Shown here: one piece after another, positions 51,701 through 64,000 of the stretch
Numbering within the stretch: the first letter of the stretch is position 1
Layout of the letters: each line of letters begins with the position of its first letter
Assembly (NCBI GenBank): GCA_051362555.1
Contig: CM120640.1
Span: forward strand, 29,903,967 to 29,967,966
DNA: 64,000 nucleotides
Direction of reading: 5' to 3'
From: Lingula anatina
Lineage: Eukaryota; Animalia; Brachiopoda
Notes under the pieces: generated by a model
Database searches by the model: none
What the model saw: the letters and a program-made list of their open reading frames with translations, nothing else
What the model was told of the DNA's origin: nothing
Program-made: the position numbers and the translations under genes

Positions 51701-51886
51701 TATAAACGCACCACTTTATTATCAGTACTGGTATAGTATATGCTTCAGCCTTGACTTACAACAACAGTTTATTTTTTAATAAATTTACTGAAATTTCATT
51801 ATTTTAATATTTTGGATCTTGAGGAAAAAGCCTGATCACTGAATTTTTTGTCTTTTCCAGTCCTGGCCATCATCTGTCCATCATCA

Positions 51887-52384
51887 TCTGCCACAATGGA
51901 ACACAATGACTCCAGACTACTACACTGTCCTAGCAGGCACAGGACTATACTGCCACAATGGAACACAATGACTCCAGACTACTACACTGTACTAGCAGGC
52001 ACAGGACTATACTGCCACAATGGAACACAATGACTCCAGACTACTACACTGTACTAGCAGGCACAGGGCTATACTGCCACAATGGAACACAATGACTCCA
52101 GACTACTACACTGTCCTAGCAGGCACAGGACTATACTGCCACAATGGAACACAATGACTCAAGACTACTACACTGTCTTAGCAGGCACAGGACTGTACTG
52201 CCACAATGGAACACAATGACTCAAGACTACTACACTGTACTAGCAGGCACAGGACTAAACTGCCACAATGGAACACAATGACTCAAGACTACTACACTGT
52301 CTTAGCAGGCACAGGACTATACTGCCACAATGGAACACAATGACTCCAGACTACTACACTGTACTAGGAGACACAGGACTACTG
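51887..52384. repeat. 62-bp minisatellite (8 copies)
   Basis: TGCCACAATGGAACACAATGACTC at 51889, 51951, 52013 and onward. Confidence 0.95.
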
Positions 52385-52510
52385 AACTTCACATGTAACA
52401 GACAAACAGGATGATGGATGCAGCAATTTTCAAGACAGTCAAATAACAATATGAGTTTCATGAATCAAATTTTCTTACCTCCCAACGTACAGACATTAGC
52501 TTTTTCCGTA

Positions 52511-55500
52511 TTATTGTACCACCAGCGTAGGCGCTGGCGGTACACATGGTTTTAGTCCCGACCCGTATGTTCCGCCGGCTCCTGCGGCTCCGCCGCCAAG
52601 TCACCGTTACCGCTTCTCCTCCTAGACGGTAATGGCCTCCATACCCATCTCTTGGATTTAGGTCACCTATAATCTCAACTCGTTCCACGTAAAATTTGGG
52701 CTTTGTCGGTATTGGGGTCTAGGTGTGGCACTCATTGCAATGCACCCTTGTCCAAAAATGGCAAAATTAAATGCTAATTATCTCCCCTACGGAAGGAATT
52801 ATGGGAAAAATTTCTACAGACAGCTTTCCAAAAGTCATATGTGTAGATTTCAAATATGCCCTTGGATTTGACCTTTGACCTTTATTTCAAGGTCAAACGG
52901 GCCAAAATTTTCAAAAAAACAAAATTTTTGCCGAAAAAAAAATTATTTGCGGTCTTATTCAGACACCACACAGACTTAACTAATAATATTAATGGAAAGC
53001 GTTACCCTTCAGGTCATCTTTCATCTCTGTGAATTTGGGGTCAATCGGTGCATTTTCACGGGAGTAGCGGCCATAAGATATAGAAACTGATACTGAAAAC
53101 TGTCTCTAAATCGGGAACCGTTAATGCTAGACACCCATTCTTTTTTGCATTTTGTAGAGCATGTAAAGCCCAACACTGGAAGTGGTCTCCGTTTTTTTGT
53201 ATTCCATACGGTTTTCGAGTTACGCTGTATCAAAAAGTACATATTGGTGGTGAAAGCAAAATGTGCAGTACGGTAATGGATAATAAATTTTGAACTCCGG
53301 AAAAATAAAACATAAGGCTTGGCAAAGCAGACAACTTGTGGTCAAAAATGACATTATTTCATCAAATTTGAACATCTGGAACTTCAGAGCACCTCCTATT
53401 TCAAGAATTTTGACCAAAATGACCTTTTCTTTATTTTAATTAATTTTTTCTGTAGGAAATTTATGGCACATTATGGTAACTCCAAAATTATAAAATTTAG
53501 TCCCTTATATCTCCAAAACTGGCAGAGATAGGTCCATAGTTACTATTGAAGTTGAATAGGAAGTCATATACTGGCAATCTACATGTGGCCTTAAAATTGA
53601 CCTTTGACCTACTTTTCACCATGAACTGAACTTTGCAAATTTTGCTTCCCTTTTATCTCCAAAACTGGCAGAGATAGGTCCATAGTTACTATTGAAGTTG
53701 AATAGGAAGTCATATACTGGCAATCTAAATGTGACCTTAAAATTGACCTTTGACCTACTTTTCACCATGAACTGAACTTTGCAAATTTTGCTTCCCTTTT
53801 ATCTCCAAAACTGGCAGAGATAGGTCCATAGTCTCTATTGAACTTGAATAGGAAGTCATATACTGGCAATCTTCATGTGACCTTAAAATTGACCTTTGAC
53901 CTACTTTTCACCATGAACTGAACTTTGCAAATTTTGCTTCCCTTTTATCTCCAAAACTGGCAGAGATAGGTCCATAGTCTCTATTGAACTTGAATAGGAA
54001 GTCATATACTGGCAATCTTCATGTGACCTTAAAATTGACCTTTGACCTACTTTTCACCATGAACTGAACTTTGCAAATTTTGCTTCCCTTTTATCTCCAA
54101 AACTGGCAGAGATAGGTCCATAGTCTCTATTGAACTTGAATAGGAAGTCATATACTGGCAATCTTCATGTGACCTTAAAATTGACCTTTGACCTACTTTT
54201 CACCATGAACTGAACTTTGCAAATTTTGCTTCCCTTTTATCTCCAAAACTGGCAGAGATAGGTCCATAGTCTCTATTGAAGTTGAATAGGAAGTCATATA
54301 CTGGCAATCTAAGTGTGACCTTGAAATTGACCTTTGACCTACTTATTATCATGAACTGAACTTTGCAAATTTTGCTTCCCTTTTATCTCCAAAACTGGCA
54401 GAGATAAGCCCATAGTTACTATTGAAGTTGAATAGGAAGTCATATACTGGCAATTTACTGTGACCTTAAAATTGACCTTTGACCTACTTTTCACCATGAA
54501 CTGAACTTTGCAAATTTTGATTCCCTTTTATCTCCAAAACTGGCAGAGATAGGTCCATAGTCTCTATTGAAGTTGAATAGGAAGTCATATACTGGCAATC
54601 TGAAAGTGACCTTAAAATTGACCTTTGACCTACTTTTCACCATGAACTGAACTTTGCATATTTTGCTTCCCCTTTATCTCCAAAACTGGCAGAGATAGGT
54701 CCATAGTTACTATTGAACGTGAATAGGAAGTCATATACTGGCAATCTAAGTGTGACCTTGAAATTGACCTTTGACCTACTTATTATCATGAACTGAACTT
54801 TGCAAATTTTGCTTCCCTTTTATCTCCAAAACTGGCAGAGATAGGCCCATAGTTACTATTGAAGTTGAATAGGAAGTCATATACTGGCAATTTACTGTGA
54901 CCTTAAAATTGTCCTTTGACCTACTTTTCACCATGAACTGAACTTTGCAAATTTTGATTCCCTTTTATCTCCAAAACTGGCAGAGATAGGTCCATAGTCT
55001 CTATTGAAGTTGAATAGGAAGTCATATACTGGCAATCTGAAAGTGACCTTAAAATTGACCTTTGACCTACTTTTCACCATGAACTGAACTTTGCATATTT
55101 TGCTTCCCCTTTATCTCCAAAACTGGCAGAGATAGGTCCATAGTTACTATTGAACGTGAATAGGAAGTCATATACTGGCAATCTAAGTGTGACCTTGAAA
55201 TTGACCTTTGGCCTACTTATTATCATGAACTGAACTTTGCAAATTTTGCTTCCCTTTTATCTCCAAAACTGGCAGAGATAGGCCCATAGTTACTATTGAA
55301 GTTGAATAGGAAGTCATATACTGGCAATTTACTGTGACCTTAAAATTGACCTTTGACCTACTTTTCACCATGAACTGAACTTTGCAAATTTTGATTCCCT
55401 TTTATCTCCAAAACTGGCAGAGATAGGTCCATAGTCTCTATTGAAGTTGAATAGGAAGTCATATACTGGCAATCTGAAAGTGACCTTAAAATTGACCTTT

Positions 55501-56450
55501 GACCTACTTTTCACCATGAACTGAACTTTGCATATTTTGCTTCCCCTTTATCTCCAAAACTGGCAGAGATAGGTCCATAGTTACTATTGAACATGAATAG
55601 GAAGTCATATACTGGCAATCTAAGTGTGACCTTGAAATTGACTTTTGACCTACTTATTATCATGAACTGAACTTTGCAAATTTTGCTTCCCTTTTATCTC
55701 CAAAACTGGCAGAGATAGGCCCATAGTTACTATTGAAGTTGAATAGGAAGTCATATACTGGCAATTTACTGTGACCTTAAAATTGACCTTTGACCTACTT
55801 TTCACCATGAACTGAACTTTGCAAATTTTGATTCCCTTTTATCTCCAAAACTGGCAGAGATAGGTCCATAGTCTCTATTGAAGTTGAATAGGAAGTCATA
55901 TACTGGCAATCTGAAAGTGACCTTAAAATTGACCTTTGACCTACTTTTCACCATGAACTGAACTTTGCATATTTTGCTTCCCCTTTATCTCCAAAACTGG
56001 CAGAGATAGGTCCATAGTTACTATTGAACGTGAATAGGAAGTCATATACTGGCAATCTAAGTGTGACCTTGAAATTGACCTTTGACCTACTTATTATCAT
56101 GAACTGAACTCTGCTAATTTCTTTCTCTTTTAACTCCAAACCTGGCAGAGATAGGCCCATAGTTACTATTGAAGTTGAATAGGAAGTCATATACTGGCAA
56201 TTTACTGTGACCTTGGAATTGACCTTTGACCTACCTTACGATGAACTTAACTTTGATTGTACCATTTTTAGTAATATATATGTTTTTTGCATATTTTGAA
56301 AATTCTTGTTGATTGCATTTTTACAGCTTGTCAAGCACAAGACTGGTGGCTGTGTTCCTTATTTTGTATATGTGGGGGTCTATACGAATGCGCTTGCTCC
56401 AGCTGGTGGTACAATATTCGGAGGCGGTATCGCCTCTCTGATCCTCTAGT
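52511..56450 (+). mobile_element. Complete Helentron family A element with ~19 x 146-bp array (53500-56250)
   Basis: Both subterminal inverted repeats, 3' hairpin GGAGGCGGTATCGCCTCT and CTAGT end, inserted in a T-run. Confidence 0.92.
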
Positions 56451-59190
56451 TTGTTTTACTTTAAGTTTATTAACTGGCTTTGCTTGGCAAAGAAGCAGGT
56501 TACTTTTGAAAATTGGCACAATCCATTTACATTTACGGTAATTATTCCTGTTTTTTTGCACTACTTATGGTGATGTTCACCCCGTAACTGCCAAACCTTA
56601 TTTTTGTTTTATATTAAGTTTACTGAGTGGATTTGTTTGGTAAAGAGGCAGGTTGCTTTCGAAAAGCGGCCTGATTGGTTAACATTTACGGTAATTATTC
56701 TGTTTTATTTTTGTTTGAATATTTCATCTTTCACACATTAGCATTTTCAGTGTCTTTTATAGCCCATGAAACTGAATTACTTGCTAGTTCTTCAATATCC
56801 ATGTTACTAAGCATATCTTAGAACTCACTCTTTGATGTTTTGAACATGTTTTCATTGCTGGAAATTGTGGATAATAGCCTCATTTATTGAGTTCAATATA
56901 GCATTGATGACACTTTCTGAGTGGTTAGATTTGCAGTGAATATGCAGTTTTACTGTATTAGGTTTTTTGTATGGTCCAAAATATCTGTCTTTTAGGTTAA
57001 AGGTCACATCTAAGAGGTTAACAGAGTTGTATGAGATGTTGGTGACCTTTGTTTATATCTATATATACCATGTTCAGCTTGTTTTTGAGAGGGGATCCTC
57101 TCAAACGTGCATTTTTATTGAATTTACATAACAATTAACGGAAATTGCTCATTAAATTTACATGTGAGTATCAGGAATTTTTAAACTTGTCTACCTATTT
57201 TGCCTCTTTAAAAATTATACTTCTCTATTTAAGATACTCAAATTCTATTTACTTTGCCCATTTCATTTATACTTGGCTTATAGCTCTATATAGCAAGCAT
57301 CACCATTAATTAGCTTGTGGTCTTCAAAACTGATTTTAATTAATTAAAATTATTTTTACACTTGATTCTTCATGTTTGGATTTAATGTCTTATAAATGAC
57401 AAGTATTTTTTTTTTAATGTGATTTGTGTCATTTATTTTTCTTTATACATGTTGCACTGGAAAGTTTTTTTCATAAAAACTTTTAACTTTTGTGTTTCTC
57501 AGCAGTTCCAGTACTATCATGTCTGGCTCCATGATCTTTGATGTGCCTTCCCAGTTTTTTCTTATTTATTTATTTTTCATTTATTTTTACTGCTTGTTAA
57601 CCTCTCATTGGTGGAAACTTTTCAGCCTCTTGCAATGTGCTGTGAAACCTATAGGTTATAAGTTATATAACTTTGCCTGGTTTTTCTGAAATGGAGAAAC
57701 AGCATATGAAGTCTTCATGTCAAAGAGAAAGGTGCATGATGTTCCTGACCCCTTCCAGTCACTTTATTCTTCAGCTCTTTCTGACCTTTTATCTTGTAGT
57801 CAAACCTAATTGTTAACTTTTAATTATCAATTCTATCATTTGAGGGCTTTAAGAGATAAAAGCTGTTGTCGAATTTAATACAGATTGGTTAGGAACTGAA
57901 CACTTGCATGCATTAATATCATACCTGCTACATGCATGTTAGGGTGATATACATGTAGATTGAACAAAAGCATGTGAATATCTTCTTTTAAAAAGTTGGT
58001 GTGTCTTGGCAAATTGACACCATGCCGGGTGTCCCTTCCCCCTGAGGGCAATTCCTCTGTCCACCACTTTAGCCTTTAAAAAGTTATTTGTCAAGATTAC
58101 TCTTACAGTGGCCTTGGTTGTTCAAAATAAAACATGGAATGTAAAGAAACCCTTGATTACCCATCTATCTTTTAAGATGGAATAAAATCTACCATGTTTC
58201 CATGTCTTTAACTAAAGTTCCACTCAGAGGTGGAGTTTTTGGGCAGGAGAATATCTGGCTGGAGAGCTGTACCCTGTGAGGAATTGATAAAGGTATAAAA
58301 ATACCTAAACATGTGGAACTTTCATTTTCTTTTTGAGTTTAAAAGCAAGTTATTTTAATCTTATATCATCATTTTCTCATTTTGATATAAAAAAAAAAGA
58401 TTATACTATTTGTGGCTTTACAAATTTTCACTCTATGGTGAAAGCTGTGGGCAGCAGCACCTCTGCCCTCAGAGAAGGGACACCCAAATTATTGTGTATT
58501 GCAAGGTTGACACCATGATGGGTGACCTTGCCTCCTAGGACAGTTCCCTTACCAAACACATCCAGCTTTCAGATTATCTGAAAATTAATTTTCATTTATT
58601 ATATCGGTATTATCATTTCTTTTTCAGACTGGTTCCTTGCAACACAATACACAATATGACTAGTAAGGTATATAATGATGGGCTTGTGTGGGACATCTTT
58701 TCTTCCAGGTATGCCTGTCTCTACAGTCCATTACTCTGCTGTTAGTAAATTCCATATGAAACAATAATGTCCCAATTACAGCGCTATTTTTTTAAATTTT
58801 CAGTGTTTATCATCAGACTTTGGAAATAATTTCTCTTTCCTTAACTGTTGCACAACTTGTGTATTGGGCTGTGTTAAAAGTTGTACAATCTTAAATCTCT
58901 GCCTTGTGGAAGGAGGGATTCCTGGGTGTCCTTAGTTTTTTTTTCACCCATTTTTTATTCTCTGATGGTTTTCTCTGAATTGTTTACCTGTTACGAATAA
59001 CAGTTAGTGTGAGGTGTTGCCTTTTGAGTAACAGATTTGTGTTCAAAATGATAAAAGTTGAAAATGGAATTGATATGTGCATTTATTAGTTAATCCGTTT
59101 TTTTCTGAATATTTTTTTCCTCTTTGAATCTTCTTTTATAAAGTTATTTTCTTTTATGTATAAAGCAAGCATGACATCGATTTAGTTACA

Positions 59191-60363
59191 TTTTTATGTA
59201 CAGACACAGACGTGTCTGTACATATTGCCATCACCTGCGTCTGTCGTCGCCGTCGTTGCCGGCACCGTGCACTTTCCTTGTAAACACGATAAGTGGAAGG
59301 CAGTTTTACTTTTTGGCTATATTTTTACAGAGTTGATGAATATTCATAAAACGCAGGTCAAGTTCGAAAATCAGCATGATCCGACCATTATTGTAGAAGT
59401 TATGCTGTTTTTTCACTTTTCAGCATATATGCAACACTGTAAACACATTTCAAGGAAAACTGATAGGCCTGTTGTCATGAAACTTACAGGAGTAATCGAT
59501 CTTATTAAAACGCAGGTCAAATTCGAAAATCGGCATGATCGGGCCACTATTTTAGTAGTTATGCTTTTTTTTCACTTTTCAGCATATATGCAACACTGTA
59601 AACACAATATAAGAAAAACAGATAGGCCAATTGTCAATAAACTCACAGGAGTGGTCAATCCTGCTAAAACACAGGTTGAGTTCAAAAAGCAGCATAATCG
59701 GGCCATTATTTTAGAAGTTAAGCTGTTTTTTCACATTTCCTCAGATTCAATTCTTAGGCATGTTAACAGTTTCATTATTTAATTAATAAGATACGTAAAA
59801 GTGTTTGTTTGACATTTCCTGCATCTTTACAACATTGTTAGTTGATTTTGTAAAAATGATGGTAAACTTGTTATGGTGTATTGTGTAATAAAGTTTCAAA
59901 AATGGAAATAAACTCATATCATTGCAGTTTGTCAGATTCAATCATTCACTATGTTCAGAATCTCAGAATGGAAGAAATTGGACATTTAACACTGCTCTAT
60001 TGATATTTTTCCCATCTCATCAATTTTCTTAGTTGATCATATAAAAATGGCAGCAAACTGTTAATTTTGTTTTATGTTACAAATTGTTAAAAATGGGAAA
60101 AAAACATTTCAGAACAGTGCTGTCTTGTTTACATTTTGGCATTTTCAAGTTGTGACTTTGAAGTTCCATGGGCCTGATGACCTTTGATAGTCACATTTTC
60201 TGAAAATCCATGATACGTATATTTTATTATTAAAAATTGATGGTCATTATGCTGCTAACCATTATGTAATATTGCATCAGAATAGAAGAAAACACAATTT
60301 TGGGTGCTGCTGCCATGATGACCATTATGGGAAAATCATGTTACTTATGATTGCCAAACTTTC

Positions 60364-60396
<33 letters not shown>

Positions 60397-60677
60397 GGAC
60401 TAAAATGCAGCCCGAGTTGGAAAAGCAGTCTAATCGGCTTCTTTTTCTGGAAGTTATACATTTTCAAAGTGTGAACTTGAACTCCCATGGGCCTGAAGCC
60501 TTATGCTTGTTACACATTTTACTTACATTGGTATTACCTGTTGAGCATAATTAAAATTTGATGTTGAATTTGCAGTTTTACATAATGCACTTTTGCATCA
60601 GAATTGACAGTAGCCTATTTTGTGCATAGTTATTTCCTGTTTTTTGTCTGTACATTTGACAGCTTTGCTGCCTTGTT
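59191..60677 (+). mobile_element. Helentron family B element
   Basis: 5' TTTTTATGTACAGACACAGACGTGTCTGTACA, ~160-bp internal repeats, 3' TGTCTGTACA..CAGCTTTGCTGCCTTGTT. Confidence 0.8.
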
Positions 60678-62091
60678 TAACGATTACACTTGTACTAGCC
60701 AGTTTACGTTGTATGAGCCTGGCATGTATGTATTCTTCTCCAAATTGTTCAGTGTGTTTAAACTTGAACATCTACAACTGTGGTCCCTAATTTACTGCAG
60801 CATTATCTTTACAAGTTAAGGTATGTATTAGCTAGTATGTGTATGTGCATGTTTCATGAGTGCATTAAAGGAGTACATAATAATAATAATGTACAGACAT
60901 TTCTGTCAGGGCTCTGTATTCAGCGCTGTTAACATCTGGCACACTTTGTAATAAAACTTCCTGCCATGACAGTAACCAAGAGTTGGGTTTGTTTTTGTTT
61001 CAGTAAAAGCAGAGAATGACATAAAGTGGTCATTTCTTTTTAAGTTGAGTGATGTAGAGGTTTTAAATTAAAACCCCATGAAGGAAATTTTCTACTTTAA
61101 GGGACAGTTCATAAAAATAAAAACATTTGAAAGTCACATATGGATATAGTTATAAATGAAAAAAAAAGTTTGGATGAAAGTCAAAGTTTTTGAACTATAA
61201 TCAAAATCCATTTATGGTGTACGGGCCAAATTATTTGTTTAGGCCCATATTTGAGGATGTGGGTTTGAAAAAATTGCCCTTTTTGCTGGAAAGGGTCCAA
61301 AACTTATCATGGTATCCCAAGTTGGATAAACTGAAGGAATAAAGAAAATTCACTTTTTCAGATAACAACAACCCCCCTTCAGCATCCCACCCTTCAACAT
61401 TGCTGGCTACATATAAATATTAAAATCACCTTTTAGCAAATTTTTCTCTTTTATTTAGAAAAGAAAGAAAGACAAAACCCATTTAATAACATATAATCAA
61501 TATTTTATTGTACCAGTAAAATAAAGGTATTTTAAGAAAATGATATTCTGAAGTGTTCAAACTGGCTGCCACAGAGCTAATAATAGATGTGCACTGACCA
61601 CCCTGAAGATGAAAATATTAAAATATAATTCAGTTAAAATGTGTTAGTTGTAAAAATATGTTGACAGTAACTCTACAACCACCAGCTCCTGGCTGCTATC
61701 ATATAATTACTCCTTTCATGTACAGTTTTACCAGCTGTCTGACTAAGTTTTCCTGTAAAACTCTTTAAGTTAACTTTGTTATGATGTCATTAAAGCAAAG
61801 AAACAAGAAAAGAACTTTCTTGTGACTGTATAATGAATCCGTTTTTTTTTTTTTTTATAAATACTGTAATTTTTTCATTTCTAAATGTCCGAAATAATTA
61901 GATTTAATAATGAATGATAATAATTATAACCATTTATGTTCTTGGCCTGCATCTGAAGCAAGATGTGAAAAGATTTAACATCCTCCTCCTCCACCTTGAT
62001 TGGCAGCAGTCCTTGGGAGCTGAAATATATGACACAGTATTACTTACTAATATGCAATAATAAATAACCTTCAATAAGCAGTAAGTGCATC

Positions 62092-62335
62092 TTATTACCT
62101 CCGCCAAGGAGGTTATGTTTTCACCCCTGTTTGTCTGTATGTTTGTTTGTTTGTCATCAACATAACTCAGAATGTTATGGACCGATTTTGATGAGATTTT
62201 CAGGAACTGTCAGAAGTGGGCCAAGGAAGAGATGATTAGTTTTTGGTGGTGATCCAGATCAATAATCAATCAATAATCAATAATAATAAAAAATTGCTGC
62301 CTTCTGCACTCTGCACTCTCAGTGCTTTTCTAGTT
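62092..62335 (+). mobile_element. Short Helentron-type element (TTATTACCTCCGCCAAGGAGG family)
   Basis: Characteristic 5' hairpin, (TTTG)n microsatellite, GCACTCTCAGTGC hairpin and CTAGTT end. Confidence 0.8.
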
Positions 62336-63147
62336 TCATGTATGAATTAAACTGCATCAAAATATTAACCATTGTTTAGAGTTAACAAATTAGCCAAGTA
62401 TCATTTTAAACTTGCAAAAAGCACAAACTGTGTTGACACAACATAAGGAATGTGTATGCACGTGTGTGTGTGTGTATGTGTGTGTGTGCATTCACAGTCA
62501 CATTCCATCAGTGTAATAAATAGATCCCTATTCTATTGCCCCTGCTGTCTTAACCTCTCTCCTTCATATGCATATGTCTGCTGTCACAGCTGTTGTGTCT
62601 TGAACATCAACTGAAGAAAAAAAAAAGAAACCATACTTGTCCACAATAAGGCTATCACATATTCAAAGATATACATGCAATAAAAACAGATAACAGTGAA
62701 TTAACTTAGTAATTGTGCAAGAGAGTCCGCTTATTGTGTTGGTAAATTTTTAGAGTGTGTTTAATGAATGCCTGTAAAATTGGTGTATACCATCTTACCT
62801 CTTTCGATCTTTAATGCTCTCAGCATCTGACATACTCTTTCTGTCTTTTATGTCGACTGAAGACAAAAATATGGAATAGAAACTATCTGTGTACAAATAG
62901 GATTTGGGCAAAAATACAGAACTGAAAACTCATTCAAAGTCTATTCATTACAAAAATTAATTATTTTCATGAAGACAAGATTTAGTATTATAAGACCAGG
63001 TTGCTTGAGCAACACTGTTCGTATGTACGTGTGCATGTTAGTGTGTGTGTATGCATGTGCATGTTTAATATGTGTATAAAATCATAATTTAATCTGGGCT
63101 CCATTCGACCAGATGCATGAGGAGGCATGTGAGAGGCGAGATATATT

Positions 63148-63473
63148 ACAAGGACCAAAACTTTCACCCTGAAAATCAACAGCTACAAGAACCAAGACTT
63201 GCACCCTGAGAGTCAACAGCTACAAGGACCAAGACTTGCACCCTGAAAATCAACAGCTACAAGGACCAAAACTTGCACCCTGAGAGACAACAGCTACAAG
63301 GACCAAGACTTGCACCCTGAGAGTCAACAGCTACAAGGACCAAAACTTGCACCCTGAGAGACAACAGCTACAAGGACCAAGACTTGCACCCTGAGAGACA
63401 ACAGCTACAAGGACCAAGACTTGCACCCTGAGAGTCAACAGCTACAAGGACCAAGATGTGACTTGCACCCTGA
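63148..63473. repeat. 37-bp minisatellite (~9 copies)
   Basis: CAACAGCTACAAGGACCAAGACTTGCACCCTGAGAGT, period 37. Confidence 0.95.
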
Positions 63474-63857
63474 CAATCCATATTTGCATTTGAATAAACT
63501 TGTTTTATTTTTGATAAGTAGATTTTGTCTGTAAACAACATATATATAAAAACTTGCACATTAAAAATAAAACAATACATTGTTTAGTTGCATATACCTC
63601 TTACACTTTAACTAACTTCATGTGGTTAAAGCCTAAAATGATTACACAAACTGCATTTCTATATACTGATAACTAATAAATATTAATATTAGCAAGAGCA
63701 CAGCTCAAGAACAAATTTTTTCATCTCTTAGAAGTATTGCAGAGGTTGTGATAGTTGTCATTGCCACACAGCATTTGGCAATGATGGGTGCTTTTGTCAT
63801 ATGATAATTGCAGGTTAAGGCATGGCAAAAGGATTAATCCTGGTCCTATACATCCTT

Positions 63858-64000
63858 CCCAGATAGCATGCAAACATTGGGCCAACGTTGCCTTGGTTGC
63901 CCATGCACATGTTGGCCCAACGTTGGGTTTCCATCTAAGTGCTCACTTTGGCCGACGGTTGGCTGAACGTATTTGGCCAACGTTGGCCCAACGTTAGTCA
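63858..64000. mobile_element. Left end of a MITE (CCCAGATAGCA, EnSpm-like), cut by the window edge
   Basis: Repeated palindromic CCAACGTTGG subterminal motifs; the other end is not visible. Confidence 0.55.

Noticed and set aside
51860-52384. Coding exon made of repeats after a splice acceptor
   Set aside because: The 62-bp unit is not a multiple of 3, so stops appear as the frame shifts, and no linked exons were identified.
59225-59782. 185-aa ORF with internal repeats
   Set aside because: It lies wholly in the tandem repeats of Helentron family B, and paralogous copies do not keep the frame.

Overview
AT-rich, intron-containing animal genomic DNA, probably a mollusc or similar invertebrate judging from its repeat families. 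It is dominated by nested DNA transposons and contains no intact host gene. The organising feature is a 46-bp minisatellite (about 2.1 kb in total) lying in what appears to be one intron of a decayed host gene. Four unrelated cut-and-paste transposons split it into five blocks. (1) An internally deleted ISL2EU-type element (AT TSD; THAP and YqaJ relics). (2) A 4.1-kb element with TAGTC termini and a 3-bp TSD (Academ-like) that carries a spliced hAT/ZNF862-like relic. (3) A 17-kb KolobokP composite-like transposon (long terminal direct repeats, His-Cys-box nuclease, convergent DDE transposase), itself disrupted by Helentron-type elements. (4) An 11.8-kb element with a 9-bp TSD whose 14-exon gene reconstructs to about 1,283 aa. 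That protein is an Academ-related DDE transposase preceded by HCF-1-motif microexons and fused to a RING finger and a USP-like cysteine protease, and it is the best novelty candidate here. The rest is Helentron-associated elements with 146-bp arrays (one with a 437-bp higher-order repeat), MITEs, a LINE relic and mini/microsatellites. All family calls come from manual translation and motif recognition; no database search was run.
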